64,000 nt of DNA from the NCBI GenBank assembly GCA_964649985.1, contig CAZYQX010000003.1, positions 29,704 through 93,703 on the forward strand. The letters are read 5' to 3'. This document shows, piece after piece, positions 11,415 through 20,288 of this stretch (positions are counted from its first letter, which is position 1; every line of letters begins with the position of its first letter). The notes beneath the pieces are model-generated. The model did no database searches, was not told the origin of the DNA, and was given only the letters and a program-made list of their open reading frames with translations. Origin of the DNA: an uncultured Pseudomonadales bacterium (GTDB lineage: Bacteria > Pseudomonadota > Gammaproteobacteria > Pseudomonadales > CAZYQX01). Position numbers and translations under genes: made by a program.

Positions 11415-12092
11415 TCATTTGTAGGTGCCGAACATCAGATCCCAGAACGGGAAGATGGAGGCGTAGTTGCGGTTCAGGTGGTGGCCGTGGTGAAAATCGT
11501 GCTTGGTGGCCCAGAAGTTGGTCAGTTTGAAGAGCGGGTGTGGCAACACCATGTTGGCGTGCACCAGCACGTTGATGACGCTGTGCAGGAACACGATGAT
11601 CAGGAAGGCGGCGCCACTCACCGGGCCAATCGCCATGGTGGTACCGAGCAGCAGGGTGACGCCGGCAAAGCCTTCGATCGGGTTGAGGAACAGGCTCTCG
11701 GCCGGGGTGGGGAAGCGCGAGCGGTGGTGCACGCCGTGCACGAACTTCATCAGGCGCGGGTGGTGCAGGGTGCGGTGCATGAAGTAGTAGCAGAAATCGT
11801 AGATCAACAGCACCGCCAGCACTTCGCCAAAGATGGTCACGCCACTGGCCTGGCCTTCGGCGATCAGTTTGTCGCTCAGGTGATACAGGGCGGCGATGAA
11901 CAGCAGCACCATGAACAACATGTTCAGGCCGATGTTCACCACTTTGCGCGAGAGGGGAATGGTGACGTTTTGCGGCGTGCGAATGCGGTATTGGCCGTAT
12001 TTGTGCGATGTGACCATCCACTGCGTCAGCGCCATCAACAGGCCGGTAAAGCCGCCGATGAAGAGCATGCCATACAGAATTGTGCTGTTCAT
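11415..12092 (-). CDS. Fatty acid hydroxylase / sterol desaturase family membrane di-iron protein
   Basis: 225 aa. Histidine boxes HRTLHH, HGVHHRS and HDFHHGHH, with four hydrophobic segments. Confidence 0.8.
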   Translation of the reverse strand: MNSTILYGMLFIGGFTGLLMALTQWMVTSHKYGQYRIRTPQNVTIPLSRKVVNIGLNMLFMVLLFIAALYHLSDKLIAEGQASGVTIFGEVLAVLLIYDFCYYFMHRTLHHPRLMKFVHGVHHRSRFPTPAESLFLNPIEGFAGVTLLLGTTMAIGPVSGAAFLIIVFLHSVINVLVHANMVLPHPLFKLTNFWATKHDFHHGHHLNRNYASIFPFWDLMFGTYK

Positions 12093-12109
12093 GTGTGATT
12101 CTCCTAGGG

Positions 12110-13717
12110 TCAGGCGTGCTTGCGGCGCAGCATGGCTTTAAGGGAAAGCCCGCAGATGCGCAGCAGGTGCAGGCATTTGTTGCCGATGCTGGGCGAAAAC
12201 AGCAGGTGGGCGGAGCTTTTTGCGATCTCGTAGTCATCCGGTTTTACCGGGAAGATCTTGGGTGGGATCTCGAAGGAGAAGCGGTCCGCCATCACCGCCT
12301 TGTGGTTGGTGTAGTCGCGCAGGCCGTCGCGGCCGTTCATGCGGCCGTAGCCGGAGTACTTCACGCCGCCGAAGGGCAGATCCTGGTTCAGATAGCACAG
12401 GCCGAAATCGTTTATGCAGGTGGCACCGGCCTGCAGCTGCCGGGCGATGCGCTCGCCCTTTGCCTTGTCGCGGGTGATGACCGAGGACTGCAGACCAAAG
12501 GCGGTGCTGTTGGCGACGGCAATGGCTTCGGCTTCGTCCTTCACCTTCATGATCAGCATGACCGGGCCGAACACTTCCTCGTTGATGATGCGCATGTCGG
12601 GGGTGAGATCGGTGAGGATGGTGGGGGGGTAAAACTGCCCGTTGCCGATCCGGCGGATTGCGCCGCCCGCCAGTACCTTGGCCCCCTTGGTGATGGCATC
12701 CTGCACCAGCCGGTCAATCACCTCGATCTGCAGCGGCGACACGATGGCGCCCACATCCACATTGCCGCCGCGCTCGGGTTTGCCCTGGCGCAGCTGGCGG
12801 GTAATGGCGCTGACTTCGGCGACAAACTGCTCATAAACCGCCTCGAACACCAGGATGCGCTCGGAGGCGACACAGTTCTGCCCCAGGTTGATGAAGGTGC
12901 CGCCGATGGCGGAGTACACCGCCTTTTCGATGTGGGCGTCATCGCAGACGATCAGCGGGTCCTTGCCGCCCAGTTCCATGATCACCGGGGTGAGGTGCTC
13001 GGCGCTGCCCTCGATGATGCGGCGGCCGTTGTTCACCGAGCCAATGAACAGAATCTTATCCACCCCGGCGCGCACCAAGGCGGCGCCAGTTTCACCATAA
13101 CCGTTCAGGATACGCACGGTGTGTTTGGAAAAACCTTCCTTTTCCAGCGCCTCATCGGTGATCTGCTGGAAGCGCTGGGTAGACCACGCCACCGCCTCGG
13201 AGGCCTTGATCACCACCGCATTGCCGGCCATCAGGGGCGCCACCAGCGAGCTGAGAATGTTTTGCAGGGGATAGTTCCAGGGCACGATGCAGGCCACCAC
13301 CCCCAGTGGCACATATTCAATGCGCGCCGTTTTGTGCAGCAGAATGCCGGGGCCGACCTTTTCCGGCTTGAGGTGCTTTTCGCCGTGCTTGATCAGCCAT
13401 TTGATCTTGTTACAGATCGGCACGATCTCGCCCAGCATGGCGTTTTCGAAGGTCTTGCCGGAATCCTGCACGATCTCCGCGCACAGCTCGTCGGCGTGGC
13501 TGAGTACGTGGTTGAGGATGTGGGTGAGCACCGCCCGGCGCTGCTTGAAGCTGCTCTGACCCCAGCTCAACTGTGCCTGGCGCGCGGCCTTCACGGCCTC
13601 CAGCACCTCGTCGGGGCGGTTGACGGCCACCGTGCCGAGCCGCTCTCCGGTGGCGGGGTTGAAGCACTCGATCTGCTGCGGGGCGCCGGTCTCAAGAGGA
13701 TGGATGGCGGCTGTCAT
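12110..13717 (-). CDS. NAD(P)+-dependent aldehyde dehydrogenase
   Basis: Start set at ATG 13717 (MTAAIHPLETG...), overlapping the GMC stop (ATGA). ALDH motifs PWNYPL, ELGGKDP and the catalytic-Cys region GQNCVASERILV. 535 aa. Confidence 0.9.
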   Translation of the reverse strand: MTAAIHPLETGAPQQIECFNPATGERLGTVAVNRPDEVLEAVKAARQAQLSWGQSSFKQRRAVLTHILNHVLSHADELCAEIVQDSGKTFENAMLGEIVPICNKIKWLIKHGEKHLKPEKVGPGILLHKTARIEYVPLGVVACIVPWNYPLQNILSSLVAPLMAGNAVVIKASEAVAWSTQRFQQITDEALEKEGFSKHTVRILNGYGETGAALVRAGVDKILFIGSVNNGRRIIEGSAEHLTPVIMELGGKDPLIVCDDAHIEKAVYSAIGGTFINLGQNCVASERILVFEAVYEQFVAEVSAITRQLRQGKPERGGNVDVGAIVSPLQIEVIDRLVQDAITKGAKVLAGGAIRRIGNGQFYPPTILTDLTPDMRIINEEVFGPVMLIMKVKDEAEAIAVANSTAFGLQSSVITRDKAKGERIARQLQAGATCINDFGLCYLNQDLPFGGVKYSGYGRMNGRDGLRDYTNHKAVMADRFSFEIPPKIFPVKPDDYEIAKSSAHLLFSPSIGNKCLHLLRICGLSLKAMLRRKHA

Positions 13718-15327
13718 GAGCGAGTCTCCTGGGGTTGTTGAAGCATGAAGTCCGCCGCGCGATAGCCGATCATCATGCTGGGGGCGTTCAGCGCCGATAC
13801 GGGGATTTCCGGGATCACGGAGGCATCGGCGATACGCAGTTGGCCGAAGCCTTTCAGGCGCAGGTTGGCATCCACCGGGAACGCATCGCCTTCCCCCATG
13901 CTGCAGGTGCCGCAGTAGTGGAAGGTGGTCATGGTGGCGCCGTAGGCCCATTTGCGGTGAGTGTCGCGGTTGCTGCTCTGTAGTGCGGGGATGGGCGATT
14001 TGCTGCCCCATTCGCGCAGGCCGTGGTCGGCGGCGATTTGCCGGGCCAGGGCGATGCCGTTGAGCAGGGTGTCCATGTCGGCCGGGTCTTGATAATAGGC
14101 CGGGTCAATCACGGCGGGATCGCGCACGTTGCTTGAACGCAGGCGCAAGCTGCCGCGAGATTTGGGCTTGCCCAGGATCACCACAATACCAAACAGCGAA
14201 TTCACCAGGCGGCGGGTGGCGGGTATGGCGAAGGCGGCATCCACCAGCCGGCGCATCAGCCAGCGCAGGGGCTTGTTGAAGAACAGTGTGGGCGGCAATA
14301 CCGTGGCGGGCAGCATGCGGTACATGGAGCGCTTCATGGTGGCCGCCGGGGCCAACAGGGCCAGACAGGTGTCCGCCTGCTGGGGCGGCAGGGGCAGGTC
14401 GGGATTGCAGCGCTGGAAGCCGTACACCTGGGGGTGGGCAAAATCCGGCGGCTGTTTGCCCTGGAAGAACATGCTCACATTGGGGTGGTCGTGCAGATTT
14501 TGTCCGATGCCCGGCACATCCTTCACCAGCGGAATGCCCAGTGGCTGTAGCTCTGCGGCGGGGCCCACGCCGGACAGCATCAGCAGCTTGGGGGTTTCCA
14601 GGGCGCCGGCGCAGAGCACCAGCTCCCGGTTCAGGCGAATGGTTTCCCGCCCGCCGTTGCTTTCGCACTCCACCGCCACGGCGTTGTGTTGCGCGTCGAA
14701 CAGGATGCGGTGCACCAGGCAGCGGCTCTTGATGGTGAGGCGCTGCCGGTGGCTGTTTTCCTTGATGAAGGCGACATAGGAGTTGCGCCGGGCGTCGCCC
14801 TCGTAGTTCATGTCGTTGTAGCCCATGAAACCGCACAACTCGCCATCGTTCAGCCCGTGCTTGCGGGCCAGGCCGTTGCGTTCGGCGGCATCCAGCGCGA
14901 TTTCGGTGAAGCGGCCGGGCGCGCGGTGGCGCACCCGCAGGCGCTGCTCCACGCCGGCAAAGGCGGGGGCGTTATCATCCCACTGCCAGCCGGCGGGCCA
15001 CTGCTCGAAGTCCAGCTTGTCGCCCCGGGTGTAGACCATGCCATTGACCGCGCCGCTCCCCCCCATGACGCTGCCAGACCCCATGTACAGGGTACGACCG
15101 GCGCAGCTCGCCTGCGGGGTGGACATGCGGTCCAGCATCACTTTGTCGTTGGCGAAGGCCTGGGTGAAGCCCTCCGCGCTGAGGGTTTCGGGATTGTTTT
15201 CGGCCAGATCGCCGGTTTCGATAAGTAGCACGCTGCCTACATTGGCTTCGGCCAGCCGGCCGGCTACCACGCAGCCCGCAGAGCCACCTCCGACCACAAT
15301 ATAGTCATACGCATTGTTGCTGTTCAT
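13714..15327 (-). CDS. GMC-family FAD oxidoreductase (choline/alcohol dehydrogenase-like)
   Basis: Start set at ATG 15327 (MNSNNAYDYIVVGGGSAGCVVAGRLAE), preceded by GGAAG. GMC signature regions and the C-terminal active-site block (HYCGTCSMG...RIADASVIP). Confidence 0.9.
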   Translation of the reverse strand: MNSNNAYDYIVVGGGSAGCVVAGRLAEANVGSVLLIETGDLAENNPETLSAEGFTQAFANDKVMLDRMSTPQASCAGRTLYMGSGSVMGGSGAVNGMVYTRGDKLDFEQWPAGWQWDDNAPAFAGVEQRLRVRHRAPGRFTEIALDAAERNGLARKHGLNDGELCGFMGYNDMNYEGDARRNSYVAFIKENSHRQRLTIKSRCLVHRILFDAQHNAVAVECESNGGRETIRLNRELVLCAGALETPKLLMLSGVGPAAELQPLGIPLVKDVPGIGQNLHDHPNVSMFFQGKQPPDFAHPQVYGFQRCNPDLPLPPQQADTCLALLAPAATMKRSMYRMLPATVLPPTLFFNKPLRWLMRRLVDAAFAIPATRRLVNSLFGIVVILGKPKSRGSLRLRSSNVRDPAVIDPAYYQDPADMDTLLNGIALARQIAADHGLREWGSKSPIPALQSSNRDTHRKWAYGATMTTFHYCGTCSMGEGDAFPVDANLRLKGFGQLRIADASVIPEIPVSALNAPSMMIGYRAADFMLQQPQETRS

Positions 15328-15534
15328 GCTTCCATTTCTCGCATTGTGTGGCATTCGGCTATTCAGTCGAGGCTTGCGCTTCACATGCGTGGCTGTTCTC
15401 ATCCACGCTTCCTATGCTGTGCTCGGGGACAATTCGGGTTTTCAATCAGCGCGAAGCCGCCCTGACCGTTTGGGCCACCGGCTCGCATTTACCGCAGGAT
15501 GGGGGGGTACGCACATTGTCCATTTTGCTTGTGT

Positions 15535-15563
15535 ATTAATTGTCAACATAAGTTGACTAATAG
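15535..15563. promoter_or_regulatory. Palindromic candidate operator upstream of the GMC-ALDH-hydroxylase-3betaHSD operon
   Basis: ATTAATTGTCAAC-ATAA-GTTGACTAATAG. Perfect 6-bp arms GTCAAC/GTTGAC (15542-15547 / 15552-15557) with partly symmetric AT-rich extensions. About 215 nt upstream of ATG 15327. TTGACA/TTGACT -35-like hexamers are embedded on both strands. Confidence 0.3.
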
Positions 15564-15825
15564 GGTGCCCGCTCTTCAGGGCAACGTCAAGCGCCGTTTT
15601 GCCGCTTGCATCTGAGCATGATGCTGGTGAGGGCGGGCCGCAGTTGTCTGCATCGCGATGTTCTAGGCCAGGGCCGATGCGCGCTATCATGTTGATCTGC
15701 CAGGCCGCTAAGGGGCATGGGGTAAATGACCTGCGCCATAGGTGCGGTTGTTGCTCGAAGTTGGCGGTGTATCAAGTACATGCCTGCGTTGAGTAAGAGC
15801 ATGCGTTTGCTGAAGGCTTTGTGTT

Positions 15826-16311
15826 GTGGACATGACCATGAATACTGACGACCACTACTGGATGCAGCATGCCCTGCGGCTGGCCGAACAGGCGGCAGAG
15901 GCGGGTGAGGTACCGGTGGGGGCGGTGATCGTGCGCGATGGAGAAATGATTGGTGAAGGCTATAACCAACCGATTTCTTCCTGTGATCCTACGGCGCATG
16001 CGGAGGTCGTCGCACTGAGAGATGCTGCGCGTCGAGTGGGCAATTACCGGTTGGTGGATGCAACGCTCTATGTGACCATCGAGCCCTGCAGTATGTGTGC
16101 GGGAGCGCTGGTGCATGCACGCATCGGGCGCTTGGTATTTGGTGCCCGGGAGCCGAAGGCGGGCGTGGTGTGCAGCCACGTGGGCTTGTTGGGGGCGAGC
16201 TTTCTCAATCACCGCGTGGTGGTGGAGGAGGGGGTGCTTGGTGAGGCCTGTGCGATGCGTATGGCCGCGTTTTTCCGGGGGCGGCGTGCGCGCGCCAAGC
16301 CAACTAGCTGA
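15826..16311 (+). CDS. tadA: tRNA adenosine(34) deaminase
   Basis: CDA fold motifs PTAHAEVVALR (HAE) and EPCSMCAGAL (PCxxC). GTG 15826 or ATG 15832/15838 are possible starts. Confidence 0.9.
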   Translation: MDMTMNTDDHYWMQHALRLAEQAAEAGEVPVGAVIVRDGEMIGEGYNQPISSCDPTAHAEVVALRDAARRVGNYRLVDATLYVTIEPCSMCAGALVHARIGRLVFGAREPKAGVVCSHVGLLGASFLNHRVVVEEGVLGEACAMRMAAFFRGRRARAKPTS

Positions 16312-16376
16312 AGTGTCAGGCCCTTGTTAAACTCCTAGGGTTGGCCCACGGTAGGGCCCTAATGGGAGTGCGCGCA

Positions 16377-16607
16377 ATGAATCTAAAGAACATCTTTGCT
16401 TTGCTGACGGTAACTGCCTCGCTTGTTTCATTGACTGGCTGCAGTAGTCCCTACGTCATCACCACCCGCGATGGCACGGCCATCGTGACGGATGGCAAGC
16501 CCAAGCTGGACAAGAAGGCCGGGCTGTACAAATACGAAGACTCCGAAGGCCGTGACGGCCAAGTGACAGCCCAGGATGTTAAGCAGGTGATTGAGTGCGG
16601 TGATTGA
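16377..16607 (+). CDS. YgdI/YgdR-family (DUF903) small lipoprotein
   Basis: MNLKNIFALLTVTASLVSLTGC contains a lipobox. The mature part YVITTRDGTAIVTDGKPKLD...YKYEDSEG...V.AQDVKQV parallels E. coli YgdI (recalled from memory). Confidence 0.85.
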   Translation: MNLKNIFALLTVTASLVSLTGCSSPYVITTRDGTAIVTDGKPKLDKKAGLYKYEDSEGRDGQVTAQDVKQVIECGD

Positions 16608-16615
16608 TACCAGCG

Positions 16616-16634
16616 GGCGGGCTGCTGGCCCGCC
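16616..16634. terminator. Bidirectional hairpin between the convergent lipoprotein gene and cheX
   Basis: GGCGGGC (16616-16622) / TGCTG / GCCCGCC (16628-16634), followed by TTGGTTT. Confidence 0.5.
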
Positions 16635-16639
16635 TTGGT

Positions 16640-17107
16640 TTAGTTGGGGGTAAAGCACACTTCCACGAAGAACTCCCCAGCATCAGAGGCGAAGGGGATG
16701 ATGATGGCTGGCAGTTTCCCTAGCCGCTCAATGCTCTTGTCTCGCCCCACTAGCACTTCCGGTGTTGCCAGCTGGAAATCATAGCCCTTTGTTTCCAGCA
16801 GCTGTTTGGCGCCTCCAGTCACCATGTTGGTGATCTCACCCACAAGATCCTTTATTTCGTCGTTGATGTCGGGAAAGGGCTCGCCCAGCATACGTTCGGC
16901 AATGGACAGGATCACCGGGGTGTTGAACGAAACGGCCAGGGTGCCGTTGGTTTGAGGCGAGCGCATGGCTATTACGCCAGTGATGTCGCCGGCGGGTATG
17001 GCATCCTGCTTAACGGATGCCTTGCCTGCGTTGATCTGCAACATGGCCATGGTGGCCAGCACATTGCTCATCGAGGACAGAAAGGGATTGATGAATTCCG
17101 CCTTCAT
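16640..17107 (-). CDS. cheX: Chemotaxis phosphatase CheX-family protein (orphan; no che operon nearby)
   Basis: Start at MKAEFINPFLSSMSNVLATM. ITGVIAM...GTLAVSF... and GEITNMVTGGAK are typical of CheX. Confidence 0.8.
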   Translation of the reverse strand: MKAEFINPFLSSMSNVLATMAMLQINAGKASVKQDAIPAGDITGVIAMRSPQTNGTLAVSFNTPVILSIAERMLGEPFPDINDEIKDLVGEITNMVTGGAKQLLETKGYDFQLATPEVLVGRDKSIERLGKLPAIIIPFASDAGEFFVEVCFTPN

Positions 17108-17218
17108 CTGCGCTCCGGGCTCCTTGGATTTACTACGGCGAGAGATAATTAAAACAAGTCTAGCAGCGAATCCGGGCTGCACATTGAAAATGTGATCTAG
17201 AGCACGTTTTGCTGCTGG

Positions 17219-18442
17219 CTATTTTCTGTAGCCATGCTGCTTGATCCAGCGCTCATGAGTAGGGATCAGTTTGGCCAGGCTGTAATGGTCCAGCATGGTC
17301 TGGCGCGCCTGTTGCCGGATGGGCTGGTAATGGTCGGGGCGGGCCAGGGCTTGCTCGAGGGTGCTGGCCAGGGCCTTATGGTCGAAGAAATCCACCAGCA
17401 ATCCGTTGTGGCCATCCTGGATCACTTCTTCCACCGGCGCCGTGCGCGAGCCGACCACCAGGCAGCCGGTAGCCATAGCTTCCATCAGCGACCAGGACAG
17501 CACATAGGGGTAAGTGAGATAGACGTGCGCCTGGGAGGCGCGCAGCACTTCCCGGTAGTCGTGCTGATTCAACCAGCCGGTGAAGTGGACGCGGCGCAGA
17601 TCCAGCTGGCCGGCCAGTTCCTCCAACATGGCCTGCTTGTAGCTGCGGCCGTCCGGGCGCTGGCGCGAGTAGTGCACTTCATCGGCACCCACGATCACCG
17701 CGTGGCAGTGGGGTCTGCGTTGTTGCACCAGTGCCAGGGCGCGCATGAACTCTGGAAAGCCTCTAAATGGCTCCATCCCTCGGGTGGAATAGGTCAGCAG
17801 TTCAATCCCCTCATGGGGCAGCGTACCGCCGGGCAACGCCAAAGTCTCGGGGCGTGCCGGGCTGTAGTAGTCGGTGTCCACCCCGTCGTGAATCACGTGC
17901 AGTTTGTTGCGGTATTCCAGTGGGAACTGAGACTGCTGCCAGCGGGTGGGGGTAATGCCAGCATCGCAGCTTTGCAGGTCGATCAGCTGGTTGGCATTGC
18001 AGATGCGCAGATAGCGTTGCTTGTCGAAATCCAGTGGGTGGGCCGGGTCGAAGTTGTACTCTGAGCCGAAGGCGTTCAGGTACCACTCGAAATAGCCGAT
18101 GAAGGGGGTGTCGGGGAAGATGTCCTTCAGATAGAAGTTGTGCCCCCAGCCGGCATAGCCGTAGATCAGGTCGGGTACAAAGCCTTGCCGCTTCAACTGC
18201 AACATGGCGCGGGCCATGGCTTCACCGTGTTGCAAGGCATCGTACATCTTGCCCAGAAACGGGTGGGGCGGGGGCGTGCTATCCAGCTCGATGCGGTAGT
18301 GCAGCCGCTTCACGCCCGGCACACTTTCCAACGAGGCACGCTGTGACAGGTGCAGCACGTGATTGGCGGGGTCTGCCGCCAGTCGTTCCATGAGCTTGTG
18401 AAACTGCCCGGGGAATACCGGGTGGATGAACAGATAGCGCAT
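17219..18442 (-). CDS. Glycosyltransferase, GT4/GT-B family
   Basis: ATG 18442 (MRYLFIHPVFPGQF), preceded by GGATGAGG. C-terminal GT1/GT4 block: YPYVLSWSLMEAMATGCLVVGSRTAPVEEVIQDGHNGLLV (E-x7-E region). Confidence 0.75.
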   Translation of the reverse strand: MRYLFIHPVFPGQFHKLMERLAADPANHVLHLSQRASLESVPGVKRLHYRIELDSTPPPHPFLGKMYDALQHGEAMARAMLQLKRQGFVPDLIYGYAGWGHNFYLKDIFPDTPFIGYFEWYLNAFGSEYNFDPAHPLDFDKQRYLRICNANQLIDLQSCDAGITPTRWQQSQFPLEYRNKLHVIHDGVDTDYYSPARPETLALPGGTLPHEGIELLTYSTRGMEPFRGFPEFMRALALVQQRRPHCHAVIVGADEVHYSRQRPDGRSYKQAMLEELAGQLDLRRVHFTGWLNQHDYREVLRASQAHVYLTYPYVLSWSLMEAMATGCLVVGSRTAPVEEVIQDGHNGLLVDFFDHKALASTLEQALARPDHYQPIRQQARQTMLDHYSLAKLIPTHERWIKQHGYRK

Positions 18443-18474
18443 GGCCTCATCCAATGAGTGGACGCCTAAAGGCG

Positions 18475-18497
18475 AAAGGGGCCGGTTGCCGGCCCCT
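18475..18497 (-). terminator. Rho-independent-like terminator after the thiolase gene
   Basis: GGGGCCGG / TTG / CCGGCCCC (18478-18496). On the minus strand it is followed by TTTCGCCTTT. Confidence 0.5.
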
Positions 18498-18505
18498 GTG
18501 CGGGC

Positions 18506-19687
18506 TTACTTCTTGAGGATCACCGAGGAGCCGTGGCCGAACAGGCCCTGGTTGGCGGTGATGCCCACCTTGGCTCCTTCGACCTGGCGACCTTCCGCCT
18601 GGCCGCGCAGCTGCCAGGTGAGTTCGCAGACCTGGGCCAGCGCCTGAGCAGGCACGGCCTCGCCGAAGCAGGCCAGGCCGCCGGACACGTTGACCGGAAT
18701 GCGGCCGCCCAGCTTGGTTTCACCGGCGCGCACCAGCTTGGCGGCTTCGCCGCGCGGGGCCAGTTGCAGATCTTCGATCCAGTCCAGCTCCAGTGCGGTG
18801 GAGAGGTCATAGACCTCGGCCAGGCTGATGTCCTGCGGGCCGATGCCGGCTTCTTCGTAGGCCTTGGCGGGCAGGGCAGCGCGGAAGCGGTAGGCGTCGG
18901 CCGCGGCGGCGGAGTCGGTGGCGATGTCGGGCATCTCCACCAGCTCGCTGGCGAAGGTCGGCGTGACGGTGGAGATGGCGGAAACGCGCACCGCATCACC
19001 ACGGCCGATCTTCTTGGCGTACTCCAGGCTGCACACCACCACGGCGGCACCGCCGTCACTGGTGGCGCAGATGTCCATCAGACGCAGCGGGTTGGCGACC
19101 ATGGCAGAGGCGGCCACGTCTTCAGCCGTGAAGCACTTGCGGTAGCGGGCGTAGGGGTTCTTGCTGCCGTGCTCGGCGTTCTTCACCTTCACCGCCGCGA
19201 AGTCCTCCAGCGTGTCGCCGTACACGTCCATGCGGCGGCGCGCGTAGAGCGCGAAGTAGGTGGGGTTGGTGATGCCGATGTAGAAGCGCACCCAGTCCGG
19301 ATCTTCCGGGCGGTAGCCTTTGGCCGGGGCCAGGAAGCCCTTGGGCGTGGTGTCGGCGCCGACCACCAGGGCCACTTCGCACTCACCGGAGAGAATCTTG
19401 GAGCGCGCGGCGGCCAGGGCCTGGGAGCCGGAGGCGCAGGCGGCGTAGGAGGTGTTCACCTGGCAGCCGTTCCAGCCCAGCGCCTGGGCGAAGGTGGCAC
19501 CGGCCACATAGCCGGGGTAGCCACAGCGCATGGTGGCGGCGCCGCTGACGAACTGGATGTCTTTCCAGGCAACGCCGGCGTCTTGCAGGGCGGCGCGGGC
19601 GGCGTGTACACCGTACTCCACGAAATTGCGGCCCCACTTGCCCCAGGGGTGCATGCCTACACCGAGAATGGCGATATCTTGGCTCAT
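18506..19687 (-). CDS. Thiolase-like lipid-transfer (SCP-x/Ltp-type) protein
   Basis: ATG 19687 (MSQDIAILGVGMHPWGKW). Nucleophile region SYAACASGSQAL. C-terminal NVSGGLACFGEAVPAQ and GITANQGLFGHGSSV are thiolase-fold signatures. Confidence 0.85.
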   Translation of the reverse strand: MSQDIAILGVGMHPWGKWGRNFVEYGVHAARAALQDAGVAWKDIQFVSGAATMRCGYPGYVAGATFAQALGWNGCQVNTSYAACASGSQALAAARSKILSGECEVALVVGADTTPKGFLAPAKGYRPEDPDWVRFYIGITNPTYFALYARRRMDVYGDTLEDFAAVKVKNAEHGSKNPYARYRKCFTAEDVAASAMVANPLRLMDICATSDGGAAVVVCSLEYAKKIGRGDAVRVSAISTVTPTFASELVEMPDIATDSAAAADAYRFRAALPAKAYEEAGIGPQDISLAEVYDLSTALELDWIEDLQLAPRGEAAKLVRAGETKLGGRIPVNVSGGLACFGEAVPAQALAQVCELTWQLRGQAEGRQVEGAKVGITANQGLFGHGSSVILKK

Positions 19688-19701
19688 TGTTGCTGTTCCC
19701 C

Positions 19702-20130
19702 TTAAACCGGTTGCCACTTCCAGATCATTTTTTCCTGGTCGCCATCTACGTGCAGAACATCCAGCACGAGTTTGACGTCCTGGCCCACCTTGAGCTGCTC
19801 GACGTTCACGCCGGCCACCACTTGGCCGAGTACGATCATCTTCTCTTTCTCCAGCTCAACGGCGGCAATGGCGTAGGGCACGTAAGGGTCCGGCGCTATG
19901 AAGGGCTCCGGTGGCTGATAGCAGGCATCGGTGTAGGACCACACCTTACCGCGGTTGCTGAGCTCGACTTCCTCGAACTCGGTGCCTTCGCACACAGGGT
20001 TGCGGCAGAAGGTGGTCAGTTTTGGGAAAAAGTAGGTGCCGCAGCAGGTGCAGCGGGTGCCGATCAGGTGGGGATTGTCGGCATCCAGGGTATACCAGCC
20101 CTCGATGGCGGGCACGCGTTGCTTGCTCAT
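19702..20130 (-). CDS. DUF35 OB-fold / rubredoxin-like Zn-ribbon protein (thiolase partner)
   Basis: ATG 20130. Zn ribbon CTCCGTYFFP...CRNPVC, then an OB fold. Lies 14 nt upstream of the thiolase gene, the classic DUF35-thiolase pairing. Confidence 0.8.
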   Translation of the reverse strand: MSKQRVPAIEGWYTLDADNPHLIGTRCTCCGTYFFPKLTTFCRNPVCEGTEFEEVELSNRGKVWSYTDACYQPPEPFIAPDPYVPYAIAAVELEKEKMIVLGQVVAGVNVEQLKVGQDVKLVLDVLHVDGDQEKMIWKWQPV

Positions 20131-20288
20131 CGTTCGGTCTCCGATTTGATGCCGCGCAAGGATACTACCCGGCCATGCTTGGAACAAGGCGAATAGCGGT
20201 CAGTGCATTTGTGTAATTGGCCTTTAACACCAATACTTGAGTGTTACTGTTAGGTGCTCCGAAGAGCGATGTTGTCCGAGAGGTATCA

